Assembly (NCBI GenBank): GCA_964304625.1
Contig: OZ199839.1
Coordinates: 5,138,698 to 5,202,697 of the forward strand
Origin: Kudoa neothunni
Lineage: Eukaryota > Animalia > Cnidaria
Reading direction: 5' to 3'
Length of the DNA stretch: 64,000 nucleotides
Shown here: positions 38,944 to 52,830 of the stretch, in pieces
Layout: each line of letters starts with the position of its first letter
Position numbering within the stretch: the stretch's first letter is position 1
The notes under the pieces: generated by a model
Databases searched by the model: none
The model's input: only the letters and a program-made list of their open reading frames with translations
What the model was told of the DNA's origin: nothing
Position numbers and translations under genes: made by a program

Positions 38944-41900
38944 GACAGTGGCTATTCTCATGGTAATGAATATCTCCATAATTAACAAAGCTATCTATGT
39001 TTGATTCCATAAACGTATATAACTAATTTTTATCTAATTTTATATGACCAAATATTTTAATTGTTCCTATACATAATTATATAGCTTCATTCACCCACGT
39101 AACGTTGTTTAACATTACAGGTGACAAGTTTTCTACGTGTATAACTTTATATCAAAAACTTTTTCATGTAACGTAACAGCATTATTGGTGCATCTTATTA
39201 AAAAAACTATGCATTTTCTTATTTCGCAGATTCACTTTTGAATTTAACAACGTCGAAAATCGATGTATTTTTGAGATAATAAATATAAACCTAATAACTT
39301 ATGCTCCGATGATAATCCATATGTAACAGAGATTGTTTTTATTTCCATTTTTCTCCAATATTCGGAAATATCGCTTCAAACCTATATATATACAACATCT
39401 TCATGTATGAGGATGTACACATCAACCCCTTGGATTCCAGTATATACTTAAATATACATAATAGTAATTGGGGTTTCAAAAACGCTCTGTTCCGAATAGT
39501 CCTTTTGAAATAGTTAAAAAGGATTATAATTACTTTGATTCTTATTGTATTAAAATTTTAATTAATTTCAATAAACTTAAAAAAACTATATTATTCAAAA
39601 GTTTTTAAATCATTCTATGTTTTAAAGTAGGAGAATCAATCCAGAATTTTTTCGAAAGTTTGTAAATTTGCGTTTATGATAAAAGTATTAATGTATAATA
39701 ATGACCAATTAAAAATATTTGTGGTATTATTTACGACAAAATACAAAATTTAATCTAGAAAAGGATGCAAACTTTTTTTATACTTAAATATACATATTAA
39801 AATCACAAATAATTATGATTCAACAATTATTATTTTGGGATTTTACTTTATATTTTTGGATTCAAACACATATTTAAATATATAATTTTTTATTCGTAAG
39901 CTAAAAGTATTTGGACTCGAAAGTGTTAAAAACATAATATTCAATACATTTGTCTTTTAAAAAGAAAGCAGAGTTTACATAATAATTTAAGAGAAGATTT
40001 CGAAAAATTTATGTTGAAATGAATTCTTAAGTGCTTTGATATAGTCCGCGCACACGAAGCAAAAATGGCTGGTGAAAACGGTGATTTCTTCTTTGTTGGA
40101 ATGAAATTCGGTTCACACGAAATGATCAAAATCAAAATGAAAGAGTACGAAGAGGCCAATTACTGTAATTTAAAAATGAAAATTTCTAGAACTATTATTA
40201 ATGCACAACATCGGCTAAACCGCATTTTAAATCCCAATCACATTTATTATGAAATTGGATGCATTTGTTTTTTCAGTAAGATAAATACAAGCAAAAGTAA
40301 AGGTCTTCGAAACAAATCATCTTTCAAGAATGGTTTCCCCTTTAGTATTACTCTTAGGGCTAGCTCTTGTGGGAATTTCCCCTAGGTAAAATCCGTATGT
40401 TTGGCACACAATCATGAAAATGATGTGATCATCTACAAAAATTTACCTGACCAGAGGAAAATTAACCTCTCAGATTCTTTCATGTTGGAATTAATATCAT
40501 TGCGCGCCAACAAAAAACTTATTCAGTCGAGGTTGAATGATGAAACAGGGAAAAATATTTCCCTTAAATCCCTCCATAACATTGAAAAATTTCCTCCTAT
40601 CAAAGCGGACAACATTAATTCGATTGTGAAACTACTCAAAGAAGACTACAATTGTGAGGTGAAAATATTGGCCAATGAAAACTCTGTAACTGGAATATTT
40701 TTTAAGGACGAGGGAATGAAGAGAGTGCTTGAATTATTCCCCGAATAGATGTTTATCGATGCGACCTATAAACTGCTAGATTCCTGATATCTAAAAATTA
40801 TGTCTGCTGTCAATTATATGTACATTTGTAGAGCACTTATATATATCTTTCAGCTGTACAAGATTCATTTAAACAGACCCATCTTACGAGCAGATGTATT
40901 CTCTACGAAGAGACTGAAGAGGCCATTAGGTGGTACTTAAACGACTTGGTTGTTGTCGCTCCATGGTTTAAAATAAAGGTATCCACTATTGTTACAGACA
41001 AAGATAAATGCTTGAGAAAATGTTTCAAAATGACATTTACCAATGCATTACTTCACTGTGCAGATTTCATGCGCATCAAATTTTTCAAAGGGAGGTAACG
41101 GTGCAAAAACAGAAGTAAATTCGACAGCTTGTATGATGAGCTTTGTCAACAGAGCCCCTCAGCGTTTATTGATTATTTTGATAAAGATTGGAAGCCTATA
41201 GTGGACGAATGGATTGTTGGCGTAAGCAATGTTAAAAGCTTTTACGATAGTGCATCGAACAACAGTCTTGAGACAATAAATAATAAAATAAAATCAGTTA
41301 CCAACAAGTTTTCAACTCTTGATGAATTTTTCGCAAAGTTTTTGTCTTTTTTGAAATCAACGAGGATTGAACGAATTAATGCCATTGTATCTAAGCTTTT
41401 AAGGTCCTCCGACCCTAATATCAGCAATCAATCCTACAAAGATTGTTTGGATTTTCTCACTCCTTATGCAGTTAATTTAGTTTCATTGGAGTTATTGAAA
41501 GTAACGAATGCAAAAAATCGACAAGGATCAGACGTTGCCACTTGCGATTGTTTGTTTGTTTCAAAGGTCATTTAATCTCCCATGCAGACATAGTTTATAC
41601 GAAAGGGAAATCACGCAAATATGCATGTTTGACAAATCATTATGCGATCCTCGTTGGGCAAGAAAACATATATATAGTTATTTAAAAAACACTAACTACA
41701 GTAATGCCTCAAAAAATTCGAAGGAAATTATTAAAATCAAACCTAATGATTCTATTGGGACTTCCTCACAAAGACTGAAACTGTCATCTGTTTATTGCAA
41801 AAAGTTGGCGACAACCTCTGCAGAATTTTGTGGAATCTTCTATAAGACATGCATCAAAAGTTTTAAAACTCTAGAGGTTATCATTAAAAACCACGAGGAA

Positions 41901-43409
41901 AAAAAGCTATCAACCATTATTGAACTAAGTTGTTTATTGTGTTTGCATTGTTAATAAAAATTTTAGTGCAAGCTGATCTATCCACAATCAAGTTAATGCG
42001 CTCAACTATAAATTCGGAATCTGAAGATGAAATAATTAGCGTAGGTATGGATGTTAGGTTTTAATTCTGTTGTTATTGATATTTTTAGATGAGCCCGAAC
42101 CTATTGTCGAAGATAATACAAGTCTCAAATTTTTTCAATGTTGTGATGTATATATTCATATCTCTAGGTGAAACAACACATAACGAGCCTGAGTCCAACC
42201 AAACACATTATCCCTAAAGGATTACCATAGGTGATGAATTAAAAAGTATAAATGTAAAATTTTGATTAATTTACTTATGATCTAACTATCCCACCAAAAA
42301 TAAAATCCACTAGTCGACCCAAGGGTAGTAGAACAACCGCTATTGGACTTAAAAAACAAAGAAAAAGAAAAAACTAATATAATAATTATATTTACGTATT
42401 ATTTCTGAGTAAATTCATGTTTACGCTCTTATTCAGCAATAATTTAATAGTCACGCAATATTTACCAATGTATTTATTTGGTTATTTTTATGAACACCTC
42501 AACAGAGGTGTTAAGATAGATCATTCTCATAGCTTTAAAACGGATGAAAAACTTTTGAATATTAAAACCGAGAATGAATAGAATTATTATTTTAAGTTAC
42601 CTCTAGTATTGCTTCCAAAATAACCCTCGTAATTTTGTTTAATAAACTTAATATAAATAATAACAAATTAATGAATTATCAAAGACTGCGTAGGGAAAAT
42701 TCGGTCCGCAGAGTTTTGCGTTAAATTTAAATTTTGATACGTATTGATTTAATAAGTATCATATTGAAAGTTTCTGCCGGCAGTTTACATCTTACTACAA
42801 TAAAATTATAGAAAATGATTCTGAAGATTTTCTCGTGTTTATTTTTGTTTCGCTATATTATTATTTCCTTACGTAATATTATGGATTACCTATAGGTTTT
42901 ATAACTACGGCTCTTGGGAAATTCGAAGCACTGATGTGACACTGGCAACATGCAAGTGTGCCGCCCAACATTGAACAAATATCACAATAAAATAACCTAG
43001 GTTTATATACAATGAATTAAATTTAGTTGATTTTTTTTATTGCTAAAATATTCTAAAATTTCAACAGTTAGAGCTGTGACTGACGGCTGTAATCAATGAT
43101 AGATTCCTTTACTGTAATACGCGTTTTTAAAATATAAGAATCCTTGCTCTTTTTAAAAAATGCACCAATAATGTTGTTATGTTGCATGAAAAAGTTTCCT
43201 ATATGAAGTTAGACGTGTAGAAAACTTGTCATCTGTAATGTTAAATAACGTTAAGTGGGCGAATGGAGCAATATAATTATATGTATGGAAAGTAAAATAA
43301 TTTGTCATAGATAATTAGATAAAAATTAGTTGTATACGTTTATGAAATCAAACATTAGATAGTTTTGTTAATTATGAAGATATTCATTACCATGAGAATA
43401 GCCATTGCC
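38944..43409 (+). mobile_element. Mutator-like element (MULE) with SWIM-type transposase pseudogene (~40065-42377)
   Basis: ~260-bp imperfect TIRs (38944-39200 vs 43150-43409) and 9-bp TSD TTAAATAAA/TTAGATAAA. Motifs FIDATYKL, IVTDKD, C.FH, NNSLETINNKIK and SWIM CDC..LPCRH, with stops and frameshifts. Confidence 0.93.
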
Positions 43410-43477
43410 TTAGATAAATTTTTGCAATTATACATTGAATTTATCAAATTAAAACCGAGAATGACATACACCAATTT

Positions 43478-45829
43478 TTATCTTAGAGTATTAAATACAC
43501 AATGAGTTTTTTCGAACTTCAAGAATTTTCGCGTCAACTCACCGATAAATAGACCATTCCACTTGAAACCTAAATTATAAACCTAAATAAAAATATGAAT
43601 ATTTGATTACGTTCAATCCATACTGTAATTTCTTTAGTATCTCTTAGGAGAAGCTTATTTTTTAGGCCCGACAAGTTACAGAGTTTGTTATTTCCACAAA
43701 TTCTACTATCATAAGCGACAGATTTGATTATATCGACGCAAGCTTCCAAGTTATATTTTCCGACAAATTTATTACTAAAATTAATTAATGATTTTGCTAT
43801 GCAGTCCCAGTCCTGAACAATTTTTTCGTCATCAACATATTCCGATACATCATCAGGAATACAAGGATGATGGACTACTTCATCTTTGGAATAAGTATTC
43901 GACCTTATTATCTCCTATATAGTAAAACCATTTATTACACATCAACCTTCAATTGAACTACTTTTATCAAGTGATAATAGGTTGCGTGTAAAATTTTATG
44001 GGAACCCAAACAATAAAAGCTGTTCACCGCTGCGGTATATTTTTGATTTCGTATGGAAAATTCTTGGACAATCCATTTGTCAAACAGACCGGGATTGTCT
44101 GTGAATATTCCCACAGAAAATTTATTGCCTGTCAAAATAATAAATGATTTCTTCTCCAAAATCTACAAGTTAATATTAAAAGTGGTAAGACTTGAAAATT
44201 ACTGAATTTTCAAAGTCGTAATTTTTTTTCAACAATTCCAAAATGCCATCTATAGTTTCTTCAGGCTTCACCTGAATTGTTGAAACTAGTTCAAAACGTT
44301 TCAATTGGGTTATATCGTTAATGTCCTGTTTAAGTATGGTTCGAAACTCTCTTTCTGTGTGCCTTAAAATTTAAAATTATAAAAGTACATAAATTTAATT
44401 TACTTATATTTGATATTCAGCGCGTAGATAAAGTGTAAAAAAATGGTCGGATTCTTTATATTGCTCCAATTACATTGATCAATTATTGCTTTTTCGCATT
44501 TATTTACGTGAGAATAATCTATTAAATTTTTTTTATATTGTAAAAAAATAATAAAAACCAACATTCTTTATATTTAACATTTGTTATGTTGATTTTATTA
44601 AATTACAAATTTTACAATAATGTTGCGCCTTAAATTTAAAATTATTGTTATACTCATCCAAAGTGTTAATTTCACAATAATTATAATCCATTTTGGATTA
44701 ACTCATTTAATAACTGTATAAAACTCTTTTTAATTAATAAAATTATTATTTTTTGGTATTTTCTTTAAAAATTTTATTTTGAACTCTCTGACAAGTGTAA
44801 ACAGTAATCGATTGGAAGCATAGCGTATATTGGAACCCATGAATGCGACGGATAGTTAAATAAACAATTCATTTATATTTTAGCTTGAATATTTTATGGT
44901 AGCTGTACTTAAATTAGAGATTTGTGAGGGATTTTTTAATGATAAAAAACACCAGGTGCTGATTTAACCTAAATGTTATACATATACCCTATCTGAGAAA
45001 GGAGTTTTTTTAATTTTTGCGTATTTTTAACTGTGGGAAAATAAAATAAAAAAAAGATATATTAAATGATAAAAAGTTATATTTTGTATAGTTTGGGTGT
45101 AAAATATTAACGGAAAAAAAGTTTTCTTTAAAAATTTCGAAAATGTACATTTTAAACCTACGTCGTGTCCTACATATACCAAAGATAATTTTATTACATA
45201 TTTTTATTTTCTTTCTCAATTTGCCATGCCACATAACACTTTATTGTTTAAAATATTTTTATTCAAATGTTTTAATGCCTTTATTCGCTAATTAAAATAA
45301 TTGTGATTAAATAGTCCAATATGTTTAGAAAAAAAACATGAAGATACAACTCTGATTAGAACTGCTTATGCAAATAAACTAATCAAACAAATACAGTTGT
45401 AATAAAAAAATTTTTTAGTTTTTTTTATAATGTCAAAATTAATACCGGAATCTAAATATACTTTTGAAAACTATAACATAACTCATTCAAATCAATAAAT
45501 ATGAATATTTAAACCAAGAAATAGTCAGCTATGGGAATATTATACGTTTATGCGAAAATGACCATTGGTTTATAAATTAAATACCTGCACATGATCCGCC
45601 TTTAACGTTGAGTTTTTTAAACCATGATTTTTCGTCGTCAGGCAAATACATTCGGTCATAACAGTAGAACCAAACATACTCAGCACTTTTGTGTATCACT
45701 ATTCCATACTTGGAAAAGTATTAGATAAATTTATCAAATAATATTTACATGTTGGCCTAAGACATTGAATAGCGGGAAATTTATAAAAAACATTGTTAGA
45801 AAAATAAATTTTGTGATAGAAAGCATCAT
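43478..45829 (-). CDS. Divergent CD39/E-NTPDase (GDA1_CD39) family protein with degenerate apyrase conserved regions
   Basis: Exons 45829-45749, 45708-45585, 44518-44404, 44362-44203, 44162-43962, 43914-43624 and 43582-~43480 splice into one open frame. It reads signal peptide, YGIVIHKSAEY (ACR1 position), QEFSIRNQKYTAAVNSFYCLG, HHPC..WDC..GKYNLEAC..ICGNNKLCNLSG, matching the CD39 cysteine pattern as recalled. Confidence 0.8.
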
Positions 45830-46883
45830 ATCGATTCTATTGTGATTAGCAACCTTACGAAATGGAAAATACCCGAACTAATTTGGAATAAATAAATACA
45901 ACGTAACGACCATATATCAAAAATTAAAACGGAAAATTTCAATTTATATAAATTCAAAAGTTTTTCTATCAGTACTTTAATACAAAAGATAAAGAAATTT
46001 CAAAGTTTTAACTAATTTACGTTAGTTTCGAAAAATCTATACTAATTATAATGTTTAGTTACTACTAACAAACTCCGATAAAATTTTTTAATTTAAATTT
46101 ATCGCCACCATTTAATTACAGTTTTTATTATATAATTTTAAAATTAATGAAAGACTAATTCTTTGAGTGACATAAGTAAAAATGAAAAATAATTTTTACA
46201 TAAACATTGACATACACAATAATAGTAATTTGTTTATTTAATTAATTAATTTAATTTTTATGATATTATAAAGTTATCTTCAAATTTTCGTTTGAATAAA
46301 AAAAATTCTTTTAACACAAATTTGTTAAATATGCGTATGATAAACAAGTTAATAAAAAAAATTAATGGGGTTTATAATACAGATATTTTTTTTCACTATA
46401 TTAGATATTTGGTTTCAAATCGCTATTATACCAATTATATTAAAATCGAATATTTATATAGATTGAACGCATTTACAATGAAAAATGATTTTTTATCTTC
46501 CTCATATTATTTTATCGCCTAATTTTTAATTTATCCTCTTAAAACATTTAGATATTTAGGTAAAAATGTAACATAGTGGTCATAATCCAAATCTGCGACA
46601 GCGTACAAAAAACCCGTTGAATATCTTATAATGAATTTTTATCAATGTTGTGTTATCAGTAGGTTACTTTCAGCAACTGCAATTTGTCATCACAATAGCA
46701 TTTGTTGTAATCTATTAACGCAGAGAACTCCTAACCCTCGCGATTATTGCATCACGTTATACTACCAATTAAGCTGTTTCACGTAAAACATGCTTTGTGT
46801 GTTGTACAATTTAAGTCGGACAACTTTAGTTATGTTGGATTGTCATATTTCATCCTTAGCGATTGCCTATTGTTAAAAATCTA

Positions 46884-49800
46884 GGCATTGGCTATTGCTA
46901 CGAGAGAGAATAACTCCAAATCTGAGAACCCAGTCAAAATTTGAAATTCATACTTGTAATTGGTGAGTTTTCTCCTTACATAATTAATTGTTTTGGAGAA
47001 TATTTGAGCTATTGAAATTTCTAATATTGTGACTATAAATTTCGTGTTTTATGTTTTGTTATGAGTAATGTTAAATAAATATTTTAATTTTCCACTAAGA
47101 AAGGTTTCTTTAACTAAACAACCAAATATCAGACATTGTGTTTTATGTACAAAAACGTCCACCCTATTTCCTCTGATTGTACCTAATATGTTTAATCTAG
47201 CTCAGCTAATGTAATCTATTAAAATATGCTTAACTATGATTTTATAAAATGAAATAGTTGTATTTTATATATATATATATTTGATTTATAGATTATGTTT
47301 ATATCTCTATTATTACATATCTACAAAGTATATTAAGTACTACCGCTATTCACGTAAAACGATTAGAGCAGTGTTTCCCGACTTGAGGTCATATGCCCCA
47401 CATATGGGCCATGACAAATTTTTGTTTGGTTGTGTGGGTCACGAAAATTTTTTTGATTAATTTGGATGGCGCAAGAAAACGCGGAACCATGCCGTGTAGG
47501 AAACCCTCTGGATAGAAAATTTAATTTTATCTTTTGGACTGGATTTATGTTGATTTAGTATAAAAATTATATTGAATTAAGTTACATGTTGTTGTTTTAT
47601 AAGTAATATATCACATTTCAAGATGGGAAGCGGTAAAAACTTAACTCATCATGCGACCTGATATGATCAGCACGTGTTCCGATCAGACAATGCTCACTCT
47701 TTCGTTCGTTTGTTTTTGGTGCCAGCGAAAAGTTCTTTAAGTTGAAAATATACTAAAGATGAGGGTTAATTTTTCTATCCAGTAAGTTTTAGACACATAA
47801 CTATTCATGTATTTCTTGGACTCGTTTAATTTCATGACACCTGGCGGGTTGACTTCATAGTTTTTTCTACTTTTAATTAATTAAAACTTAAATAAGATTA
47901 TTCATAAAATATTTAAGTGGAACAAGCATGTTTAGGAGTACACTTTATATTTAATTTAGCTATTAAAACTTGAAGGTATTTTCAAACATTTCAGTTCACC
48001 CGCCAATTTAATGACCCAAATCTAGACATTTGAAAGCATTATTCGCCCGGAATTCTCATACAGAAAGAGATTTATTAAGTGATATTATCAATTTATATGA
48101 GATTAAAGATTTTTATTTTAAAAAATAATGTGCTTGTAGACATTTCATGAAAATTTAATCTGCATATCCTAACTATATTTTTGTATTATCCTTATATGCC
48201 AATCGTATTATTTATAGTCAACGAAATACATTTTTTAAATAGTTTATTTAACAGAACAGAAAATCAATCTAGAAATAAATTTAGTTAATAAAACATTTAA
48301 TAAAAAAGACATTTTATTATGACATCAAAATCTAATAAAGTAATAAAATATATATTTTTTTAACCAAAAAAAGTTGTCATTGAATAGTTTTTATTAACTT
48401 GGAATTGCACATAAATTTTTATTCGCATGTTTTAAACATGTTTTTGATTTTGCATAACGTGTTTAATTAAGAAAATTATAAACCAAAATAAATTAATGTA
48501 GTAATAATGTTTGTCTCATTTAAAAATTTTTATAAACAAAAATTTTTTAACTGCTGTTATATATAACACTGGTGTGGATATTATATTTGACTTTATTCCT
48601 GAATTAAATGATTAATTCTCTTATATTTAGGTTGATTATTTTAAAAAGTATAATTTTCTTATTATATTTGTTAAAAATAAATAAAAATATTTTGTGTTTA
48701 AATGTTTGTTTTTATATTAAAGCAAACAATAATAAACTACATAATTAATGTTATATTCAAATAGATCTCTATCAAACAATGCTACACCAAACTGGTGTGT
48801 TATTTATTAATATGATTACTCATACCTTCATCAAATAGATATAAGTATTACATTAATAATTTTTACTTGTTTATATTGGTTTTATTAAAGATTAGGTTGA
48901 ACATCGCAAACGAAAATCTTTAAACATTGATTTTTCTATTTAATCAACATACAATGATATATTTGAATCTTTTACCATTAATTTTTTAAAATTAAAAGCA
49001 AAAAAATTCCTTATCTAAATAAATTTTGTTTTAAATGCCATAATGTATTGATATTAAGTAATGACCAGTTAGATTCGAATGAATTTGGTATACATTTGGA
49101 TTTATTGAATTTACAAGAAAATATTCTATAGTTGTCTTCGTAATTTTGTAAATAGAAAGAAGTTATATGTAAAAAAATTGTGTTGGTCGCATTGAATATT
49201 AAAGCGAAAGATTATTATCTGCTACTAGTTTGTAACTTTATAGATGATATCATTGGGCCTGAAAAACCAAAAATAATCATTAATAATGAAATATATTTAA
49301 AACATTAATTCGAATATAATGAACTGGCGGAGGTAATTAAAAAGCAAGAGTAATAAGTCGACACAAGACAAGCTTGGCGGTTTAATAATATTAATTAAGA
49401 AAACAATATTCAAGCTTGAAAAGCCCGATTAAAATTAAAGCTAGATAAAATTTTTAGATTAATAAATTAAAAATAATTATTATAAGCGTATATGGTTTCA
49501 ATAATTATAATATTTTCATTATGTATAATATCGGATATAAATATTATTAAAACATTAAAATTGTCAACGTTAAATTCGATTATACATTTACGATATTAGC
49601 GTGGGTCGCGGGATATTTTTTTTAAAAAATATGGATCACGGCTAAAAAAGGTTTGGAAACAGTGGATTAAAGCATTCTATGTAGTGAATTCAATAAATCT
49701 TTAAAGTATATATACTTACAGCAATGTTTAATTGTATAGTTAAAATCAATATAAAAGCTTACTGTTTGCATTTAAATAGTGGTGAGCATAATTCTATCTT

Positions 49801-51704
49801 CTTAAATGTTATTGCGGCAAATATAGATAAACTGTTAATTTTAATAATGTAAAAATTAAAAAAACTTAAATTTTACTCTAATGCGTTATCTGAAATTAAT
49901 GTCCACAATAGAAGGAAACAAGTTTTGTATTCTTGATTACAGTAACCTGTGCGGGAATCTAAGTTTTCACTGTAGCGTCATTTGTATGATGGAATCCTCT
50001 CCGGATTGAAAGTTGACTTACATAACTCATTAAAAAGTCATATTAATCGTTATGGACCCCTTTTTATCTGCGATTTAAAACGAAAGAATTGCGAAAAATA
50101 CAAAATTCCTAGTCTAAAATTCTAAAATATTTTAATAAAGCTTTAGTTTACTACAAAATAACGTTTGTATTCTTTTCGACTCTCTATAAAAAAGAACTCT
50201 TAAAGGTAACAAAAATCATCAACATAGAGAGGTAACTGCCGCTTTAGCATTACTTTTTGAGCTAGTAATGACATGGAAAATTTTTCATAATCATATTCTT
50301 AAATGAGATACATGATCATCTTGGTAATATTTCAATATACAAGTCTCTGCCTCATCGAAAGAGTCTATTTCTCAGATAATCATATCTTTGGATTAATATC
50401 ATTTGGATCTAATAAAAAGCGTATACAAAAATTGTTATGATATGAAACGAGTAAAAATATCACAGTTAAATCTCTACACAATGTAAAAACAAGAGGAATA
50501 ATCAACATGGATGTATTTAAGGTTATCAATGTGTTAACTCATGATGTTAATTGTGATGTTAAAATTATAAAAATGACAATAATGTTGTTACTTGATCATT
50601 TTTGGTTGATCCCCAATGCGACTAACTCTTCAATTTTGTTGAAAATTTGTGCCGATGGAGGCAATAAATAGAATTTTTGAAGTTGCGTTGATTGTAAATT
50701 CAAATATTTTTGGGAAATTCCACAATTTTTATTCTTATTAGTGCTCCCTTGTATTTAACTGCTGCTAACGATCCTATTTGAGAATTTCGCGTAACTTATG
50801 CATACATTATGTATGAAAAAATTCAAACAGACATTGATGGCTCCTTGAAACAAATTTTAGAATGCTTCTCTGTTCTGAATGAAAAATTACGTATCGTTGT
50901 TACGGTTGAGAACATAAAGTATGGGAATTTTTGAGAATTGTCTCTTCAAATATCCATTTTTTACCTGTAAACATTGTGTAATACAAATATTTCAAAGAAA
51001 GTTAGCAAAATAATACGAAATAACAACTGATATTGAAATAAAATCATTAAAATATTAACAAATATTAGTTAGAGTTATCATTCCCATCGAAAGTGAAAGC
51101 AATTGGACGAGCTAAAGAACCTGTGCTAACAGTCATTGCTTTTTCTAGAAAAAAATAATATACTATCTATTTAAAATACTAACTGGTTATTAAAAAAAAG
51201 TTTTATTTGAGCACGAAAATAATATCATAATCAGTCTAATACAATATTTCTAACTCGCTCGCTTAAGAATTTTCATAAAATAATAATTCACTTCATAACT
51301 GTTTTAACTTTTCAAATTATATAAGTATGCCGCCCCTTTAAAATAAGTGAGCAGTTGCCACAAAATTAAAAACGTTTCTTGGCGCACACTCATGTTAATA
51401 GAAGTCAAAATTGTTTATTTCATTGGAGTATTCTCCTTATTAACTAATCTTTCGCACACAATTTTGAATAATAATTTTATTAGATGTTAAAACCGTGAAC
51501 TAAGGCTATTTTGTAACCCAAAACTCCTTAAAAATATTGTTTTATTTTTCTTTAAAATTGTTAATTATGTTAGGCCCACAATAATTAATTACAAATAAAA
51601 ATTTCAAATTTTATGTCAGTTTATAGATTTGGAATTATTCCCTTCCGTAGCAATAGACAACCCCCGTGTGCGAATTATACGAATCGGTAGCAATAGCCAC
51701 TGCC
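46884..51704. mobile_element. Pair of MULE-like inverted termini
   Basis: GGCATTGGCTATTGCTAC.. (46884) and ..GTAGCAATAGCCACTGCC (51704), with roughly 130 bp of diverged inverted homology. Termini resemble the 38.9-kb MULE; flanks AAAAATCTA/TTAAGTCTA match only 6/9. Confidence 0.5.
47369..49664. mobile_element. Non-autonomous hAT (Buster/Charlie-type)
   Basis: TIRs CAGTGTTTCCCGAC / GTTTGGAAACAGTG, 8-bp TSD GATTAGAG/GATTAAAG with central TA, subterminal GTGGGTC(A/G)CG repeats. Confidence 0.8.
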
Positions 51705-52830
51705 TTAAGTCTATGTCCATAAGAAAAAGAAATTCCTATTTTATGCGAGCATTAGGTGTTCAATTGTAGCAAATGCATAACCATAGTATTAAAAATAATT
51801 TATTGTATGAGATTAAGTCAATCCCGTCAGAAATTATATAAATATAACAATGATTTGGCTTTGAAAATATAAAAAATTTATAATCTAACTAATCATAATC
51901 TTTAATCTGAAAATACGGCCATTATGCTGCAATTTAACCGCTATTTATTTAAATTATACGCAAATCGCCACTCATGTTTAAAAAAAAACAATCTAAAACA
52001 TTATACTAAAATATACGTTGTTTTTTAAACTCCAACTTAAAATCTATCCGGATATAATCTTTTCTATTGAAAATTTCTAAATATTTCACTAAAATCGATC
52101 TCTTTAATTAACTAAGTTTATTAAAATGAAGCCAATATACGTTTATTATGTGGCTTTATTCAAAATTCCGTGTTTCATCAAAAATACTATTAAGCGGAAT
52201 AATATTCGCTTAACCAACTTTCCAAGCATTTATAAATGTTCACATGATGTTAATACTATTTATTACCATTATTATTTTATTTTTACAGAATAAAATTTCC
52301 CATTAAAAAACCTCAAATACAATAATTATCGTTTAAAAATTATTATCTCAAATTTTGTACGATAAGAAAAATAAAGGATTGGATTTTTTTAAGTTCTCTA
52401 TATTACAAATTGGAATTTAAAAAATGATATCATAAAAAACGAAATTATAATTTAATTTTTGAATAAATTAAATTAAAAATATGCCAATTAAATATACTTT
52501 ATGGTAAATGAAGCAATATAACAAATAAATAAATTTTCTTCAAAATAAATTATTATCTATTATTTGAAGTAGGTTGAGAGTTGTTAATCTCAGTTCAAAA
52601 TTAAGTCGCTTCCATGTATGCGCAAAAATTTCTATTTAATCTCCTGTGCACATGCGTCAATTTCTCTCAATCTTTATTTTTATATTGAACATACCACTTA
52701 TATTCTCAGAATCCAATAAAGTAAATTACTTCACACTCTTTGTTATTTTTACAAGATTCAATAACAATAAACTACATTAAAAATTAAACACAAGGGATTA
52801 AATGGAGCTACACCTCAACAGTGGAAATTT
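49900..52830 (-). pseudogene. Probable decayed paralogue of the NTPDase-like gene
   Basis: Broken frames IPCV*..KEC..EIDACAQEIK (~52.6-52.8 kb) and FEETILKNSHTLCSQP*..EKHSKICF (~50.8-50.96 kb) resemble CD39 PC..C..C and FCAQPW..YCF segments. Confidence 0.35.

Noticed and set aside
45010-46522. ORFs 45010-45234 and 46292-46522
   Set aside because: Low-complexity K/N/I/F frames expected by chance in AT-rich DNA.
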